From positions 2,592,001-2,656,000 of the forward strand of contig OY968796.1 of assembly GCA_963695545.1 (NCBI GenBank): a stretch of DNA of 64,000 nucleotides, written 5' to 3'. Below are positions 38,289 to 50,003 of the stretch, in pieces. The notes below the pieces were generated by a model. That model did no database searches. It saw only the letters and a program-made list of their open reading frames with translations, and was not told the DNA's origin. The DNA comes from Terriglobia bacterium. GTDB lineage: Bacteria > Acidobacteriota > Terriglobia > Acidiferrales > UBA7541. The position numbers and the translations under genes were made by a program. How positions within the stretch are numbered: the first letter of the stretch is position 1; each line of letters begins with the position of its first letter.

Positions 38289-39986
38289 ATGAAATTGACC
38301 AGACGCCAAGCACTGAAGCTACTCGGCTCCGCGGCACCGGCACTTGCACTTCGATCCAGCCTCGCGCGTGCGCAGGCGACCAACAACCTGAGCATTACCC
38401 CGGGCCCCTTCTCCGGTACTCGAGATTCGCTGGCCGCCTATCAAATTCCCGCGTGGTACAAGGACGCGAAGTTCGGCATTTGGGCTCACTGGGGGCCCCA
38501 ATCAGGAATTGAAGATGGCGATTGGTACGCGCGCAACATGTACGTTCAGGGAAGCGACCAATATGAATACGGCGCGGAGACTTTCGGGCACCCGTCGAAG
38601 GTGGGCTATAAAGATCTCATTCCAACTTTCAAGGCCGCGAAGTGGGATCCGGAACACCTGATGGACCTCTACGTCAAGGCCGGAGCCAAATACTTCGTCA
38701 GCATGGGCGTGCATCACGATAATTTCGATATGTGGGACTCGAAGTATCACGAGCGCTGGAATGCCGTGGCCACCGGACCGCATAAAGACATCGTGGGAAT
38801 GTGGGCCAAGGCGGCTCGAGCCCGAGGATTGCGTTTCGGAGTCAGCGAGCACCTGTCAAACAGCTTTGACTGGTTCGCTCCGGCACACGGCAGCGACGCG
38901 ACCGGTGATTTCGCGGGCGTACCCTACGACGGATCCGATCCAGCTTTCGCCGATTTGTACCACAGCTACGCGGATATGCCCGCCGACTTCGCGAAAACGG
39001 CCATGGCCATGGGACGCATCGCGCCCGATTCGTGGAAGCAAGAATATTTCAACCGCATTAAGGACCTGACCGATCAGCACCACCCCGACTTGCTTTACAC
39101 CGATGGCGGCATTCCATTTGAAGAGTATGGCCTCGCCCTCGTGGCGAACGTTTACAACCTGAGCGCCCAGATGCACGGTGGCAACGTCGAGGCCGTGTAC
39201 AACAGCAAGACGATCACCGACTGCACCACCGGAGTCTGCGCGCTCGATCGTGAACGAGGCGTTTCCGACGACATCTGGCCGACGACGTGGCAGACGGATA
39301 CTTGCATCGGGAATTGGCATTACAAACGGGGAGTCCACTACAAGACCGGAAAAAAAGTCGTCGACCTGCTCGTGGACATCGTCAGTAAAAACGGCAACTT
39401 GCTTTTGAATTTCCCGCTTCCCAACAGCGGCGAGCTGGACGTGGAAGAAATGCAGACGCTCAACGACCTTACCAAATGGATGACCGTGAACAGCGAAGGC
39501 ATCTATTCGAGCCGGCCGTGGAAAATCTTCGGCGAAGGCCCGGGTACGAAAATAGCGCCCCCGCCTCCAGGTGGCCCGGGAGGCGGCGGTGGCGGCGGTG
39601 GTTTCGGCGGTGCAGGCGGCGCTCGGCCGGCCGGGCAAGGCGTGCCGCCGGGCGGAGGCGGGCCAGGAATGGCAAGCGGAACCAACCGCGGACGCTTCAA
39701 CGAAAATCAGGTGCCCGAATTGACGTCCGCGGACGTGCGTTTCACAACGAAAGGAAGTCTGCTTTACGCCTTCGTGCAAGGCTGGCCGGACAATAATGCC
39801 GCCGTGGTTCAATCTTTGGGAACAACCAGTCCACAGATGCCCGGAAAAATCACCAATGTTCGGATGCTGGGCTACGACGGAAACTTGCAATTCACACAAG
39901 ACGAGAAAGGGTTGACCGTGACGCTGCCCGGCTCCAAACCCGCTTCGGCCGATATCGGCGTAACGTTGAAAATTACCGGCGCATAG
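38289..39986 (+). CDS. Alpha-L-fucosidase (GH29), Tat-exported
   Basis: TRRQALK; WYKDAKFGIWAHWG, GVHHDNF, LLYTDG, DIVSKNGNLLLN. Confidence 0.93.
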   Translation: MKLTRRQALKLLGSAAPALALRSSLARAQATNNLSITPGPFSGTRDSLAAYQIPAWYKDAKFGIWAHWGPQSGIEDGDWYARNMYVQGSDQYEYGAETFGHPSKVGYKDLIPTFKAAKWDPEHLMDLYVKAGAKYFVSMGVHHDNFDMWDSKYHERWNAVATGPHKDIVGMWAKAARARGLRFGVSEHLSNSFDWFAPAHGSDATGDFAGVPYDGSDPAFADLYHSYADMPADFAKTAMAMGRIAPDSWKQEYFNRIKDLTDQHHPDLLYTDGGIPFEEYGLALVANVYNLSAQMHGGNVEAVYNSKTITDCTTGVCALDRERGVSDDIWPTTWQTDTCIGNWHYKRGVHYKTGKKVVDLLVDIVSKNGNLLLNFPLPNSGELDVEEMQTLNDLTKWMTVNSEGIYSSRPWKIFGEGPGTKIAPPPPGGPGGGGGGGGFGGAGGARPAGQGVPPGGGGPGMASGTNRGRFNENQVPELTSADVRFTTKGSLLYAFVQGWPDNNAAVVQSLGTTSPQMPGKITNVRMLGYDGNLQFTQDEKGLTVTLPGSKPASADIGVTLKITGA

Positions 39987-40119
39987 CGGCCGGGAGCAAT
40001 GTCGCATTGATTGTTCCCGCAATCCTCGCGATCTCAATGCCGGCTTTCGGGAAATAATTCGCCTCTGCGCCGCGAAGCGGTGCAACAGATGTTGCACCGC
40101 TTCGAGGCGGACGCTCGGC

Positions 40120-41535
40120 CTAGCCGTTATAGCCCACGCCGTCGCGCGGTTTTTCCTTGCGCACCATCATGGTGTCCTGCACCGGCTCGCCGTCGCATTC
40201 GATCTCGATGGTCGTGGCGGGATTGTCCGGCGCTTCTTCGGGAAGCCCCGTTAGTTTCAGTTGCCACTTGTCCTGCGTAAACGCCACCGATTCTCCGCTC
40301 ACGTGCAACTTCGCGGATTTCACTCCGACCGTCAGTCCGGAGATGGCCACGTAGTCGCCCGGCCAGTTGTACACGTGCATGTAGAGCGTGTTGCCTTTGC
40401 GCGTGAACGCGGCGTAAGCCGAGCGCCGCACCTGGCACTGATCGGTGTTGATCACCGTGTCGCGATTGCGGCCCAGCCATTGCCCCACCTGCTGGAGCAC
40501 GGCCACCGAGTCCTCGGGAACCACGCCGTCGGCTCGCGGTCCGATGTTCAGCAAGTAATTGCCGGTGTCGCGCGCGCACGTGATCAGGTTGCGGACCACG
40601 GTCTTCGGCGATTTCCAATTGTCGTCGGCGCGCTGGTAACCCCAACTGTCGTTGAGCGTCATGCAGCTTTCCCACGCGCGCCCGCCGCTCTCGGCGCGGA
40701 TAATCTGTTCGGGCGTCGAGAAATCGGCCGCCAGACCATTGCGATTGTTGACGATGATGTCCGGCTGAAGGCCGTAGACCATCTCGTTCATCTTCACGGA
40801 TTGCCAGCCGTCAACATCCAGCGGCCAGTTGACGTCGTACCAAAGCACGTCAATCTTTCCGTAATTGGTCATCAGCTCGCGGATCAGCCCGTGCGTGTAG
40901 GTCACGAAGCGATCGCGCGCCGCCGGATCGGTCAAACAGTTGGCGCCGTCCGGATGGTGCCAATCCATCAGCGAATAGTAAAAGCCCACGCGCATTCCTT
41001 CGGCGCGCGCCGCGGCCACATACTCGGCGACTAAATCGCGGCCCGGGCCCTGCTGCATGGCGTTGTAGTTCGTGAGCTTGGTATCGAAATTGCAAAAGCC
41101 TTCGTGGTGTTTGGTGGTCATCACCATGTATTTCATGCCTGTGTCGCGCGCCACGCGCGCCCATTGGCGCGCCGCGTTGGGCCGCGGCTTGAATGTTTTC
41201 GCCAGCGCCTCGTACTGCTCGATAGGAGGCGCCTCAAACTCAAAATCCCACTCGTGCCGCGCCACCTGGCTGTACAAGCCCCAATGGATGAACATTCCGA
41301 ATTGCGCTTCGTGCCACCACTTCATTCGCTCTTCGCGGTTCAGGTCCTGTGGCGTGGGCGGCCCCGCTGCTGCGGTGGCCTGCGCCGGTGTAGTGGTCTC
41401 TCCGGCCCGGCCCTGCGGCGGACCGCCGTATTGCTGCGCTGCGGCGCTCAGCGCCGGCAACGAAACAGCACCGGCCGCTACGCCCGATGCTGTGCGAATC
41501 ATCCAATCGCGACGCGTCATCTTTTTCGATTTCAT
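40120..41535 (-). CDS. Alpha-L-fucosidase (GH29), Tat-exported
   Basis: AAGGAG RBS; TRRDWM; WWHEAQFGMFIHWG, TTKHHEGF, VLWYD, WESCMT, GNYLLNIGP. Confidence 0.95.
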   Translation of the reverse strand: MKSKKMTRRDWMIRTASGVAAGAVSLPALSAAAQQYGGPPQGRAGETTTPAQATAAAGPPTPQDLNREERMKWWHEAQFGMFIHWGLYSQVARHEWDFEFEAPPIEQYEALAKTFKPRPNAARQWARVARDTGMKYMVMTTKHHEGFCNFDTKLTNYNAMQQGPGRDLVAEYVAAARAEGMRVGFYYSLMDWHHPDGANCLTDPAARDRFVTYTHGLIRELMTNYGKIDVLWYDVNWPLDVDGWQSVKMNEMVYGLQPDIIVNNRNGLAADFSTPEQIIRAESGGRAWESCMTLNDSWGYQRADDNWKSPKTVVRNLITCARDTGNYLLNIGPRADGVVPEDSVAVLQQVGQWLGRNRDTVINTDQCQVRRSAYAAFTRKGNTLYMHVYNWPGDYVAISGLTVGVKSAKLHVSGESVAFTQDKWQLKLTGLPEEAPDNPATTIEIECDGEPVQDTMMVRKEKPRDGVGYNG

Positions 41536-41667
41536 GGCAGTTTTCGCTCCTTGTGGGTGAGTTTCGCGTTCTCCAGATTTTGTGAAGGCCCGGTGGCAAC
41601 GAATGCGCGCCCGAACAAAAACGCTCTGCGCCAAGATCGGAGATTTCCCCGACGTCGAGACCTCTTT

Positions 41668-42510
<843 letters not shown>

Positions 42511-42740
42511 TCAAATTAATGCGTTGCTGAATCCACGGCTCGCTGCGGGCCGCCAGAACTGCGAACCACACTGGAGGCTTCTATCAAGAATTCTCTAAAG
42601 ATTCAATCTAAAGAATTGTCGTTTCAAACCTCAAAATGGGCAAATTCCGGGCCCTTCGCGAAATTTCAGAGCAATGGCCCGCGCAACGATTCAACGGCAA
42701 TCGTGCACGGTCCGTGCGTTGGGGAGCGCATGGCCCGCGA

Positions 42741-44987
42741 TCACGGCGCCGTCTTCCACGCGGCAAGTTGGGTTTTCACCCACAGCGCGTCTTTTTCAGC
42801 GTGGCAAAGCAGGCAGGCGTTCGGGCTGTCGGATTGTCCGAAGCGGAGCGTCATATCGGCGTCGGGGATGTCGTCGATTTGGTGCGTGCGCGCACGAAAC
42901 GCCAGCGCGTCCATGATGCGCGGCATGTGACACGAAACACACTGGCTGCCCTCCGATTCCGGCGTGTGGTGTGTGTGTGCCTGAGCGACCGCCAAGTTCT
43001 GGAATTGCGTATGGCATCCAGTGCACATTTTATCCGGCTCGTTTGGGAATTTCAGTGACGTAAGATTTGACGACTCGTCGTGAGCATGTGGATCGTGGCA
43101 CGTGCCGCAGGTCACGCCGCCCTTTCGGAAGCACTGTGTCCGCTCGAGAGCCTCTACCATGAACGTCGTCTGGCGAAAGCGGCCGTCCCTGAAGAAAGCC
43201 TTGCGCGAAAATTCAAGGTAGGGAGTACGCTCGTAAGTCAGGAAAAAATTCCCTGTGCGCGAATAACTCATCTCTCCCTCTGGCCCGAATTCGCGAATTG
43301 CGGATTGCATGTGGCACTGCGCACAGACGGCCACGAACTGCCTGTTACTGATCTGGCCGAATTGAATCGGCGGATCGTACGGGCCCTTGTCGTAAGCAAT
43401 GCCGTCCTCCATTGCGGCGACGTGCCGCGCCGATGGACCGTGGCACATTTCGCAATTGATTCCCGGTTCCCGATAAACGATGCTCGCCGCATCAAGCGCG
43501 CCCGGTTTCGTATTGCGCACCTGGCTCGTATGGCACACGGCGCAGTTCGTCATGTAGTTCGTCGAGTTGTCGAGCGCTTCCCAAGTCCGGGGATCACTGC
43601 GTTCGCTGCCGGGGTCGTCGATCACTTTCCAATAGTTGAGCCACTGTTTGTAGATCACGTTGTACTGCACGGGAAGAACATGGATTTCGCCGTTCGGCAA
43701 TTTTGTAGCGTAGCCCTGTTGCCATTTCGATCCGATGGTGTAGTCGACCGGATATGTACGCCAAGTGCCGTCCGCTTGACGCATCTCGAAATAATGGCGG
43801 CCGTTGCGAAGCACCATGCGCGCAAACGGCGTGCGGTCGTCGCCGCGAACAATTTTGAGCGTGCCATCGAGATAAACCGGATCGTCGCCTAAAAAAAAAG
43901 TGTTGTTCTTCGTGAAATCACCGATCACATTCTGCGGCGCGTACGGCCGGAACATTCTTTCCATCCCGCTTGCGAGCCACTGCCGATAAATCCCGGCGTG
44001 GCAGGTCTGGCAGGAATCCGATCCGGCGTAGTCGAAAAGCGGCTGGCTGGGCGCGCTCACGGGGGCCGGCTGCGGCTCGGGCTGCGAATTCTGCTGGGCT
44101 TCGGCTCGCGCGAGAAATGCATCGAAATCCGCACCGGGCTGGAGCGCGCTGTAGATTTGGCGCAATTGTTGGAGCGCTTGCGGAGCAAGATTTCCGCCGC
44201 CTCGGTAAACCTTCGCGAGATCTCCTGCGGCTTGCATCGTTTCTCCCGCCGCGGCTTCGGCCAAGCCGAGTGTGTAGACGATTTCGGAATCCGCAGGATC
44301 CAGTCCTTTGGCTCGAGAGAGCGCCGCCTCCGATTCCTTGAGAAGTTCGGAACGCGCCGCACCAGCGGGCGCGTCAAGGCCTTCGGCCAGTTGCGCGCGT
44401 CCCATCGCGAAATTGGCCGAGGCTTGCAATTTGTGTTTGGCGTCGGGCCAGTCCGCCGTAGAAATCGAGGCGGGCCGCGCGAAGAGATCGAGATACTCAA
44501 GAGCGTCGCGCGCAGTTTCGATCGCTGCGTCGTTTTGTTGTTGATACGCTTGAACGTCCGCCATGGCCACAAGGAACATCGGATTTTCAGGCAACAATCG
44601 CAGCGATTGCTTTGCGTAGGCTAAACCATTTGTGTAGTCGCCGAGATCGAAGCTGGCGCGCGCGGCCGCCTCGTACGCTTTCGTCAAGTATGCCGACCGG
44701 GGGAAATTTTCGAGAAACGCTTTTGCGGAAGCCAGGAGTTCCTGAGGACTGGCGTTCTTGCTCAGCGCTTCAAACGCCGCGCGCTCGGCCGGATCGGAGA
44801 TCTGCCCGGCAATGGTAAACGCCTTGCGGTCCTTTGCCGTGACGACGGCGTCGATCACTTGGCTCGCGCAGTTCGCCGCGGCCGCCGAAATCAGGAGCAG
44901 CGCCAACGCAAGGTAACGCGCGCGCGGCAATCGCTGGCGCAAAACGGGCGGCGCCACGCGCGAGAATAAAATTGGGCTTCTCGTCAT
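42741..44987 (-). CDS. TPR plus octaheme c-type cytochrome fusion
   Basis: Signal peptide; N-terminal TPRs; 8 CXXCH (CQTCH, CAVCH, CEMCH, CAQCH, CGTCH, CTGCH, CVSCH, CLLCH). Confidence 0.9.
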   Translation of the reverse strand: MTRSPILFSRVAPPVLRQRLPRARYLALALLLISAAAANCASQVIDAVVTAKDRKAFTIAGQISDPAERAAFEALSKNASPQELLASAKAFLENFPRSAYLTKAYEAAARASFDLGDYTNGLAYAKQSLRLLPENPMFLVAMADVQAYQQQNDAAIETARDALEYLDLFARPASISTADWPDAKHKLQASANFAMGRAQLAEGLDAPAGAARSELLKESEAALSRAKGLDPADSEIVYTLGLAEAAAGETMQAAGDLAKVYRGGGNLAPQALQQLRQIYSALQPGADFDAFLARAEAQQNSQPEPQPAPVSAPSQPLFDYAGSDSCQTCHAGIYRQWLASGMERMFRPYAPQNVIGDFTKNNTFFLGDDPVYLDGTLKIVRGDDRTPFARMVLRNGRHYFEMRQADGTWRTYPVDYTIGSKWQQGYATKLPNGEIHVLPVQYNVIYKQWLNYWKVIDDPGSERSDPRTWEALDNSTNYMTNCAVCHTSQVRNTKPGALDAASIVYREPGINCEMCHGPSARHVAAMEDGIAYDKGPYDPPIQFGQISNRQFVAVCAQCHMQSAIREFGPEGEMSYSRTGNFFLTYERTPYLEFSRKAFFRDGRFRQTTFMVEALERTQCFRKGGVTCGTCHDPHAHDESSNLTSLKFPNEPDKMCTGCHTQFQNLAVAQAHTHHTPESEGSQCVSCHMPRIMDALAFRARTHQIDDIPDADMTLRFGQSDSPNACLLCHAEKDALWVKTQLAAWKTAP

Positions 44988-45346
44988 CGTCTGCGGATCG
45001 AGCCCGGAATATAGTCCCCGGTAGTCCGCGCTTGCAACTTGAAAGCGCGCAATGAAGAATGCGTGCGTTCATTTCGCGAGTCAAAGTTGCGCGCTCGCGC
45101 GAGAAGAATGCCTTAGATGAGCAGCTGGAAACGCTCGTCGGCGTCACGCGGAAAAATAATACTGTGAGAAACGGGCGCACGGAGTTGACGCCTCGCGCGA
45201 GTGCCTGCAATATCTGGCCTCGGAGGCGACCGGGTACTCGGGATTTGCCCGCGGGTTAGTGCGCAGTTTGGCGAGCTTCCTATTTGAGCGATGCGGCATG
45301 CGTGCCACGCCGCTCGGAGCCGCGGAACCCATACGCCATCGAAACC

Positions 45347-47137
45347 GTGCCACGCCTTTCAAACATTTCTCGCGTGAGGCTGTCTCTTCTACTCACCGCT
45401 CTCTGTGCCGGGACGCTTTGCACATTTGCTCAGACGGCGCCGCCGAAAGACCGCACGCAGACAGCGAAACCTGGGGCGGTTCATTTCGAGGACATCGCGG
45501 GTCGCGCCGGAGTCACAACGCTCAACGTTTATGGCGGGGACAAGAAGAAGGCATTCATCATCGAGACGACGGGCAACGGCGCGGTCATCTTCGATTACGA
45601 CAACGATGGTTATCCGGATATTTTTCTGCCGAACGGTTCGACTGTCGAGGGATTCCCGGCGGGACAGGAACCCACGAGCCACCTTTACCACAACAATCAC
45701 GACGGCACGTTCACCGACGTAACCGCCAAAGCGGGCCTTGCGCGTCCGGGTTGGGCGCAGGGCGCGTGCGTGGGCGATTACGACAACGATGGATACCTCG
45801 ATTTGGCGGTCACCTACTGGGGACAAACAGTTCTGTATCACAACAACGGTGATGGGACTTTTACCGACGTGACGGAGAAGGCTGGCCTAAAAACGCCGCG
45901 CGATGAATGGAGCACGGGTTGCAGCTTCGTCGACTACGACCGCGACGGCAAGGTGGATCTCTTCATTTCGCGCTACGTGGATTTCAGTTATGACTCGGTG
46001 CCGCGCCCGGGCCAGGGCGAATGGTGCAAATGGAAGGGGCTGGACGTGATGTGCGGCCCGCGCGGCCTCAAAACGGGGGTCAACGCGCTCTATCATAATA
46101 ACGGCGATGGCACGTTCACCGACGTGTCCGAAAAATCCGGGATCACGGCGGCGCCGGGCTGCTATGGCTTTACTTCGCTCACGGCGGATTACGATCTCAG
46201 TGGATGGCCCGATATTTATGTTGCGTGTGATTCTACGGCGAATTTGCTTTACCGCAACAATCACGACGGCACGTTCACAGAAATCGCGAACCAGGCAGGG
46301 GTGGCATATAACGAAGATGGATCGATGCAAGCGGGAATGGGTCTGTCGGCTGCCGATTACACGCACGACGGTCTTCAGGACATCGTGAAGACGAACTTCA
46401 GCGACGATTCACCCACTTTGTACCTCAATCGCGGAGACATGAATTTCGACGACGTCACTTTTACATCGGGATTGGGAAAAATCCGGAACTGGCTCGGCTG
46501 GGGAGTGCAATTCTACGATTTCGATAACAGCGGCTGGCCGGGAATCCTGATCGTCAACGGCCACGTTTATCCCGAAGTTGACGGCCAGGGATTGGGAACA
46601 AGCTACCGCGAGCCGCGGGTTCTGTATCGCAATCTGCGCGACGGAACGTTTGCCAACATCACTGCCGAAGCGGGGCCGGTGCTCAGCGAAATGCACTCGG
46701 GCCGTGGACTTGCGCTGGGAGATTTATTCAACGATGGGCACGAAGAGGCGCTGGTGAACAATATGAACGAGGCGCCTTCGCTCTATTTCAACACAGCGCC
46801 GGAGGGAAATTTTATCAGTCTGCAGCTTGTGGGAGTGAAATCGAATCGCGCGGCGATCGGCGCGGTGGTGACGCTTGAATCCGGGAAGGATCGTTACGCG
46901 GAAGAAGTTCGCAGCGGCGGCGGATTCATTTCGCAAAGCGACCTGCGACTCCATTTCGGTTTGGGCAAGGCCGCGTCAGCGGAGAAAATTGTGATTCGGT
47001 GGCCCAGCGGCCTGGTCGAGACGCTGCAAAATCTGCCTGCGAATCACTATTACGTGGTGCGCGAGGGAAGCGGGATCGATGCGAGCATGACGCACGGCGT
47101 CCGAAGCACTCCGGCCTACATCGCCGCACCCAAATGA
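45347..47137 (+). CDS. CRTAC1 family protein (FG-GAP repeats plus ASPIC/UnbV); start uncertain
   Basis: Repeated DYDNDG and LYHNNGDGTFTDV; C-terminal GVKSNRAAIGA...SQSDLRLHFGLG. Confidence 0.93.
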   Translation: MPRLSNISRVRLSLLLTALCAGTLCTFAQTAPPKDRTQTAKPGAVHFEDIAGRAGVTTLNVYGGDKKKAFIIETTGNGAVIFDYDNDGYPDIFLPNGSTVEGFPAGQEPTSHLYHNNHDGTFTDVTAKAGLARPGWAQGACVGDYDNDGYLDLAVTYWGQTVLYHNNGDGTFTDVTEKAGLKTPRDEWSTGCSFVDYDRDGKVDLFISRYVDFSYDSVPRPGQGEWCKWKGLDVMCGPRGLKTGVNALYHNNGDGTFTDVSEKSGITAAPGCYGFTSLTADYDLSGWPDIYVACDSTANLLYRNNHDGTFTEIANQAGVAYNEDGSMQAGMGLSAADYTHDGLQDIVKTNFSDDSPTLYLNRGDMNFDDVTFTSGLGKIRNWLGWGVQFYDFDNSGWPGILIVNGHVYPEVDGQGLGTSYREPRVLYRNLRDGTFANITAEAGPVLSEMHSGRGLALGDLFNDGHEEALVNNMNEAPSLYFNTAPEGNFISLQLVGVKSNRAAIGAVVTLESGKDRYAEEVRSGGGFISQSDLRLHFGLGKAASAEKIVIRWPSGLVETLQNLPANHYYVVREGSGIDASMTHGVRSTPAYIAAPK

Positions 47138-48942
47138 ATCGCGCATCCCGCCGCCCGCGGTGGCTTCCGTTCGCGATGTGCGTGACACTTTTCGGCGCGC
47201 TCGCGTCTCTCGCTGCCGCGTCGGGACAAGTCGACCAACGTTCCACGCCAGCCAAGGCGCGATCCGCCGCGGGCCCGGCCGGGCCTGCCGCTGCGGGTTT
47301 CGTCGGCTCGGATGTGTGCGCGCGATGTCACCGCGGCATTTTCAATTCTTACTCGCAGACGGATATGGGGCGCTCGATGACCACGGTTGACGCGACCTTT
47401 CTCGCGAAGTTCCAGACGACAGCATCGATTTTCAACGCGCGCCAGAACCGACATTTCGAGGTATTCGCGCGAGATGGCAAGCTCTATCAAAGCGAATACG
47501 CTGTTGGCACGGACGGCAAAGACGTTTTCCGCAACACGCAGCAAATCGAGTACCTCATCGGCGCCGGCGAAAACGGAGTGGGCGGGATCGTGCGCGAGGG
47601 CGATTATTTGTACGAGGCTCCGCTCACCTACTACGCGAAGATCCACGGATGGGATTTGTCGCCGGGCTATGAATACGGGGACTACGGTTTCAACCGGCCC
47701 ATTCTTCCCGGATGCGTGGACTGCCACAGCGGGCGCCCTCAAACCATACTCGACGGTAACGGCCGGTTCGGGCGGCCGCCTTTTTACGAATTGGCGGTGG
47801 GCTGCGAGAAGTGTCACGGGCCAGGAAAAGCCCATGTAGAGGAACAGGAAGGCGTCTCCACCGCCAGCGGTGCAATGGTGAATCCGTCGAAGCTTTCGCC
47901 GTGGCTGGCGGACAACGTTTGCATGGCGTGTCATCAAACCGGAGACGCGCGCGTGCTGCAACCCGGGAAAAACTATAGTGATATCCGGCCCGGCGATCCG
48001 TTGGACACTACGCTCAGTATCTTCATGGTTCCGTTCGACCGCTCTTCTCCGCCGCAGGATGATTTGCTCGAACACTATCTTTCGATGCGGTTGAGCAAGT
48101 GCTATCGAAATAGCGGCGGCCGCATGAGCTGCATCACGTGTCACGATCCGCACGTGCAGCCCACGAAGGAGGAGGCGCCCGCGTATTACAAGACCACATG
48201 TCTCACGTGCCACACGCTCAAAAGCTGCACGGCTGCGCCCGAGGTTCGTCAGGCCACTATTCCGCCGGACAACTGTATTGGCTGCCACATGCCGAAGCGG
48301 AACCTCCAGGTGATCTCGCACTCCGCGCTCACAAATCACCGCATTGTTGCGACGCTCGATGAGCCGTTCCCGGACGCCGCGTTTCAGATGACTTCTTCCG
48401 CGCTGCCTGATTTGGTTCAATTGAGCGCCGCGCCCGGTAGCGATGCCGCGCCGCCACCGCTCGTCCTACTTGATGCCTACCGCCAAGTCATGACGAAGCA
48501 GCCCGAGTACAGAGCGCGGTACTGGGCTATCGCGAAGCAGTTGGAAAGCACGCAGCCCACGAACATTAGCGTCCTCGAAGCCCTGGCCGATTCAGCCATG
48601 CACGACGGCGGCGACGCGGGGAGTGCCGCGGCGATTCGGGATCTCGATCTCGCGCGAAGCCTCGGCAGCAAAGTTCCCGCCGACTACGAACAACTTGCCG
48701 CGCTACTGATCGCGACGGGCCAAAGGCCGGAGGCCGTCAAAGTTCTTCGGCAAGGAATCAGTGTAATTCCGGGCGACAATCAATTGTATCGAATGCTGGC
48801 AAGCACCTATTCGTACTTGGCCGATAGGCGAGACGCTTGCGAATTGCTTGGCACCGCGATCGAGCGCTTCCCTCAAGACGACGACTTCCGCGCCCAGCTG
48901 AGCCACTGTGAAGATAATCGGGCCGCGCCGCCCAAGCAGTGA
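47134..48942 (+). CDS. Heptaheme c-type cytochrome plus TPR fusion
   Basis: ATGA overlap with CRTAC1; signal peptide; 7 CXXCH (CARCH, CVDCH, CEKCH, CMACH, CITCH, CLTCH, CIGCH); C-terminal TPR-like helices. Confidence 0.9.
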   Translation: MNRASRRPRWLPFAMCVTLFGALASLAAASGQVDQRSTPAKARSAAGPAGPAAAGFVGSDVCARCHRGIFNSYSQTDMGRSMTTVDATFLAKFQTTASIFNARQNRHFEVFARDGKLYQSEYAVGTDGKDVFRNTQQIEYLIGAGENGVGGIVREGDYLYEAPLTYYAKIHGWDLSPGYEYGDYGFNRPILPGCVDCHSGRPQTILDGNGRFGRPPFYELAVGCEKCHGPGKAHVEEQEGVSTASGAMVNPSKLSPWLADNVCMACHQTGDARVLQPGKNYSDIRPGDPLDTTLSIFMVPFDRSSPPQDDLLEHYLSMRLSKCYRNSGGRMSCITCHDPHVQPTKEEAPAYYKTTCLTCHTLKSCTAAPEVRQATIPPDNCIGCHMPKRNLQVISHSALTNHRIVATLDEPFPDAAFQMTSSALPDLVQLSAAPGSDAAPPPLVLLDAYRQVMTKQPEYRARYWAIAKQLESTQPTNISVLEALADSAMHDGGDAGSAAAIRDLDLARSLGSKVPADYEQLAALLIATGQRPEAVKVLRQGISVIPGDNQLYRMLASTYSYLADRRDACELLGTAIERFPQDDDFRAQLSHCEDNRAAPPKQ

Positions 48943-48986
48943 CGCTCGCGCCGAAAAGGCGCCAGAGCATAGATCAACCGGAGTTC

Positions 48987-50003
48987 TCAGCGTTTTGTCG
49001 AAGTGCGTACGATGAGCTTTGCCGGCAGCAGCACGGTTTTGGGCGCCGCGCCGGACTTCTTCTTGTTCTTGATGATCGTCAGAGCCAATTTCGCCGCGCT
49101 CGCGCCGAGCCCTTCGCTGTCTTGATCCACGCTGCTCAGCGGCACGCGGAGCATGTCGTCATAATGCAGATTGCCGCACCCGACGATTGCGATTTCTTCC
49201 GGGATCTTCAGGTCAGCTCCCAGGATCGCTCTCATCGCTCCAATCGCGATCGGATCGTTGAAGCAAAACACTCCGTCCGGCCGCGGAGTCAGGCGCAGAA
49301 GCTTCTTCATACTGTCGTAACCTATGGCATCGCCGGAGACGTCTCCTCGTCCCTGCTTAAGGATGTAGTCCATCGGCAGACTAAGCCGGTGCTTTGCCAT
49401 GGTCATCGAATAGCCCACTTCGCGGTCATGCGCGGTGCTCACTTCTCGTCCGCCGATATGCGCGATGGTTTTGCATCCGATCTCGATTAAGTGCGTCGTG
49501 GCAATCTTTCCGGCCATCACGTCGTCAATGCCGACAAAATTTGCCGTGAAGCCCGGGACTTTGCGATCAAGAAGCACGAAGGGAATGCCATCTTCCCTGA
49601 GCCTCTGGATACTGCCGAGATCCGATTGAACCGTCGCCAGGATCAAGGCATCCACGCGGCGCGCCATCATTTGATCGATCTCGCGCTTCTCCAGAGCAGG
49701 ATTCTCCTCCGAGGACGAAATCATCAGACTATATCCCTGCCCGCTCAATTTTGTGGAAAGGCCTTGAGCAACTTGTGCGAAAAATGGATGAACTAGGTCG
49801 GGAACGATCAGCCCGATCAAATCGGTGCGGCCGGTCGCCAGCGCTCGGGCCGCCAGATTCGGCTGGTAATTCAGTTCTTTCGCGCGCTGCAAAACACGCT
49901 TGCGCGTGGCCGGGCTGATATCGGGGTGATTCCGCAAAACCTTCGATACCGTGACCACGGAAAGTGCCAGGTCACGGGCGATGTCCTTCATAGTGGTTGG
50001 CAT
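48987..50003 (-). CDS. LacI family transcriptional regulator
   Basis: TMKDIARDLALSVVTVSKVL, YQPNLAARAL, FCFNDPIAIG, LIVRTST. Confidence 0.96.
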   Translation of the reverse strand: MPTTMKDIARDLALSVVTVSKVLRNHPDISPATRKRVLQRAKELNYQPNLAARALATGRTDLIGLIVPDLVHPFFAQVAQGLSTKLSGQGYSLMISSSEENPALEKREIDQMMARRVDALILATVQSDLGSIQRLREDGIPFVLLDRKVPGFTANFVGIDDVMAGKIATTHLIEIGCKTIAHIGGREVSTAHDREVGYSMTMAKHRLSLPMDYILKQGRGDVSGDAIGYDSMKKLLRLTPRPDGVFCFNDPIAIGAMRAILGADLKIPEEIAIVGCGNLHYDDMLRVPLSSVDQDSEGLGASAAKLALTIIKNKKKSGAAPKTVLLPAKLIVRTSTKR

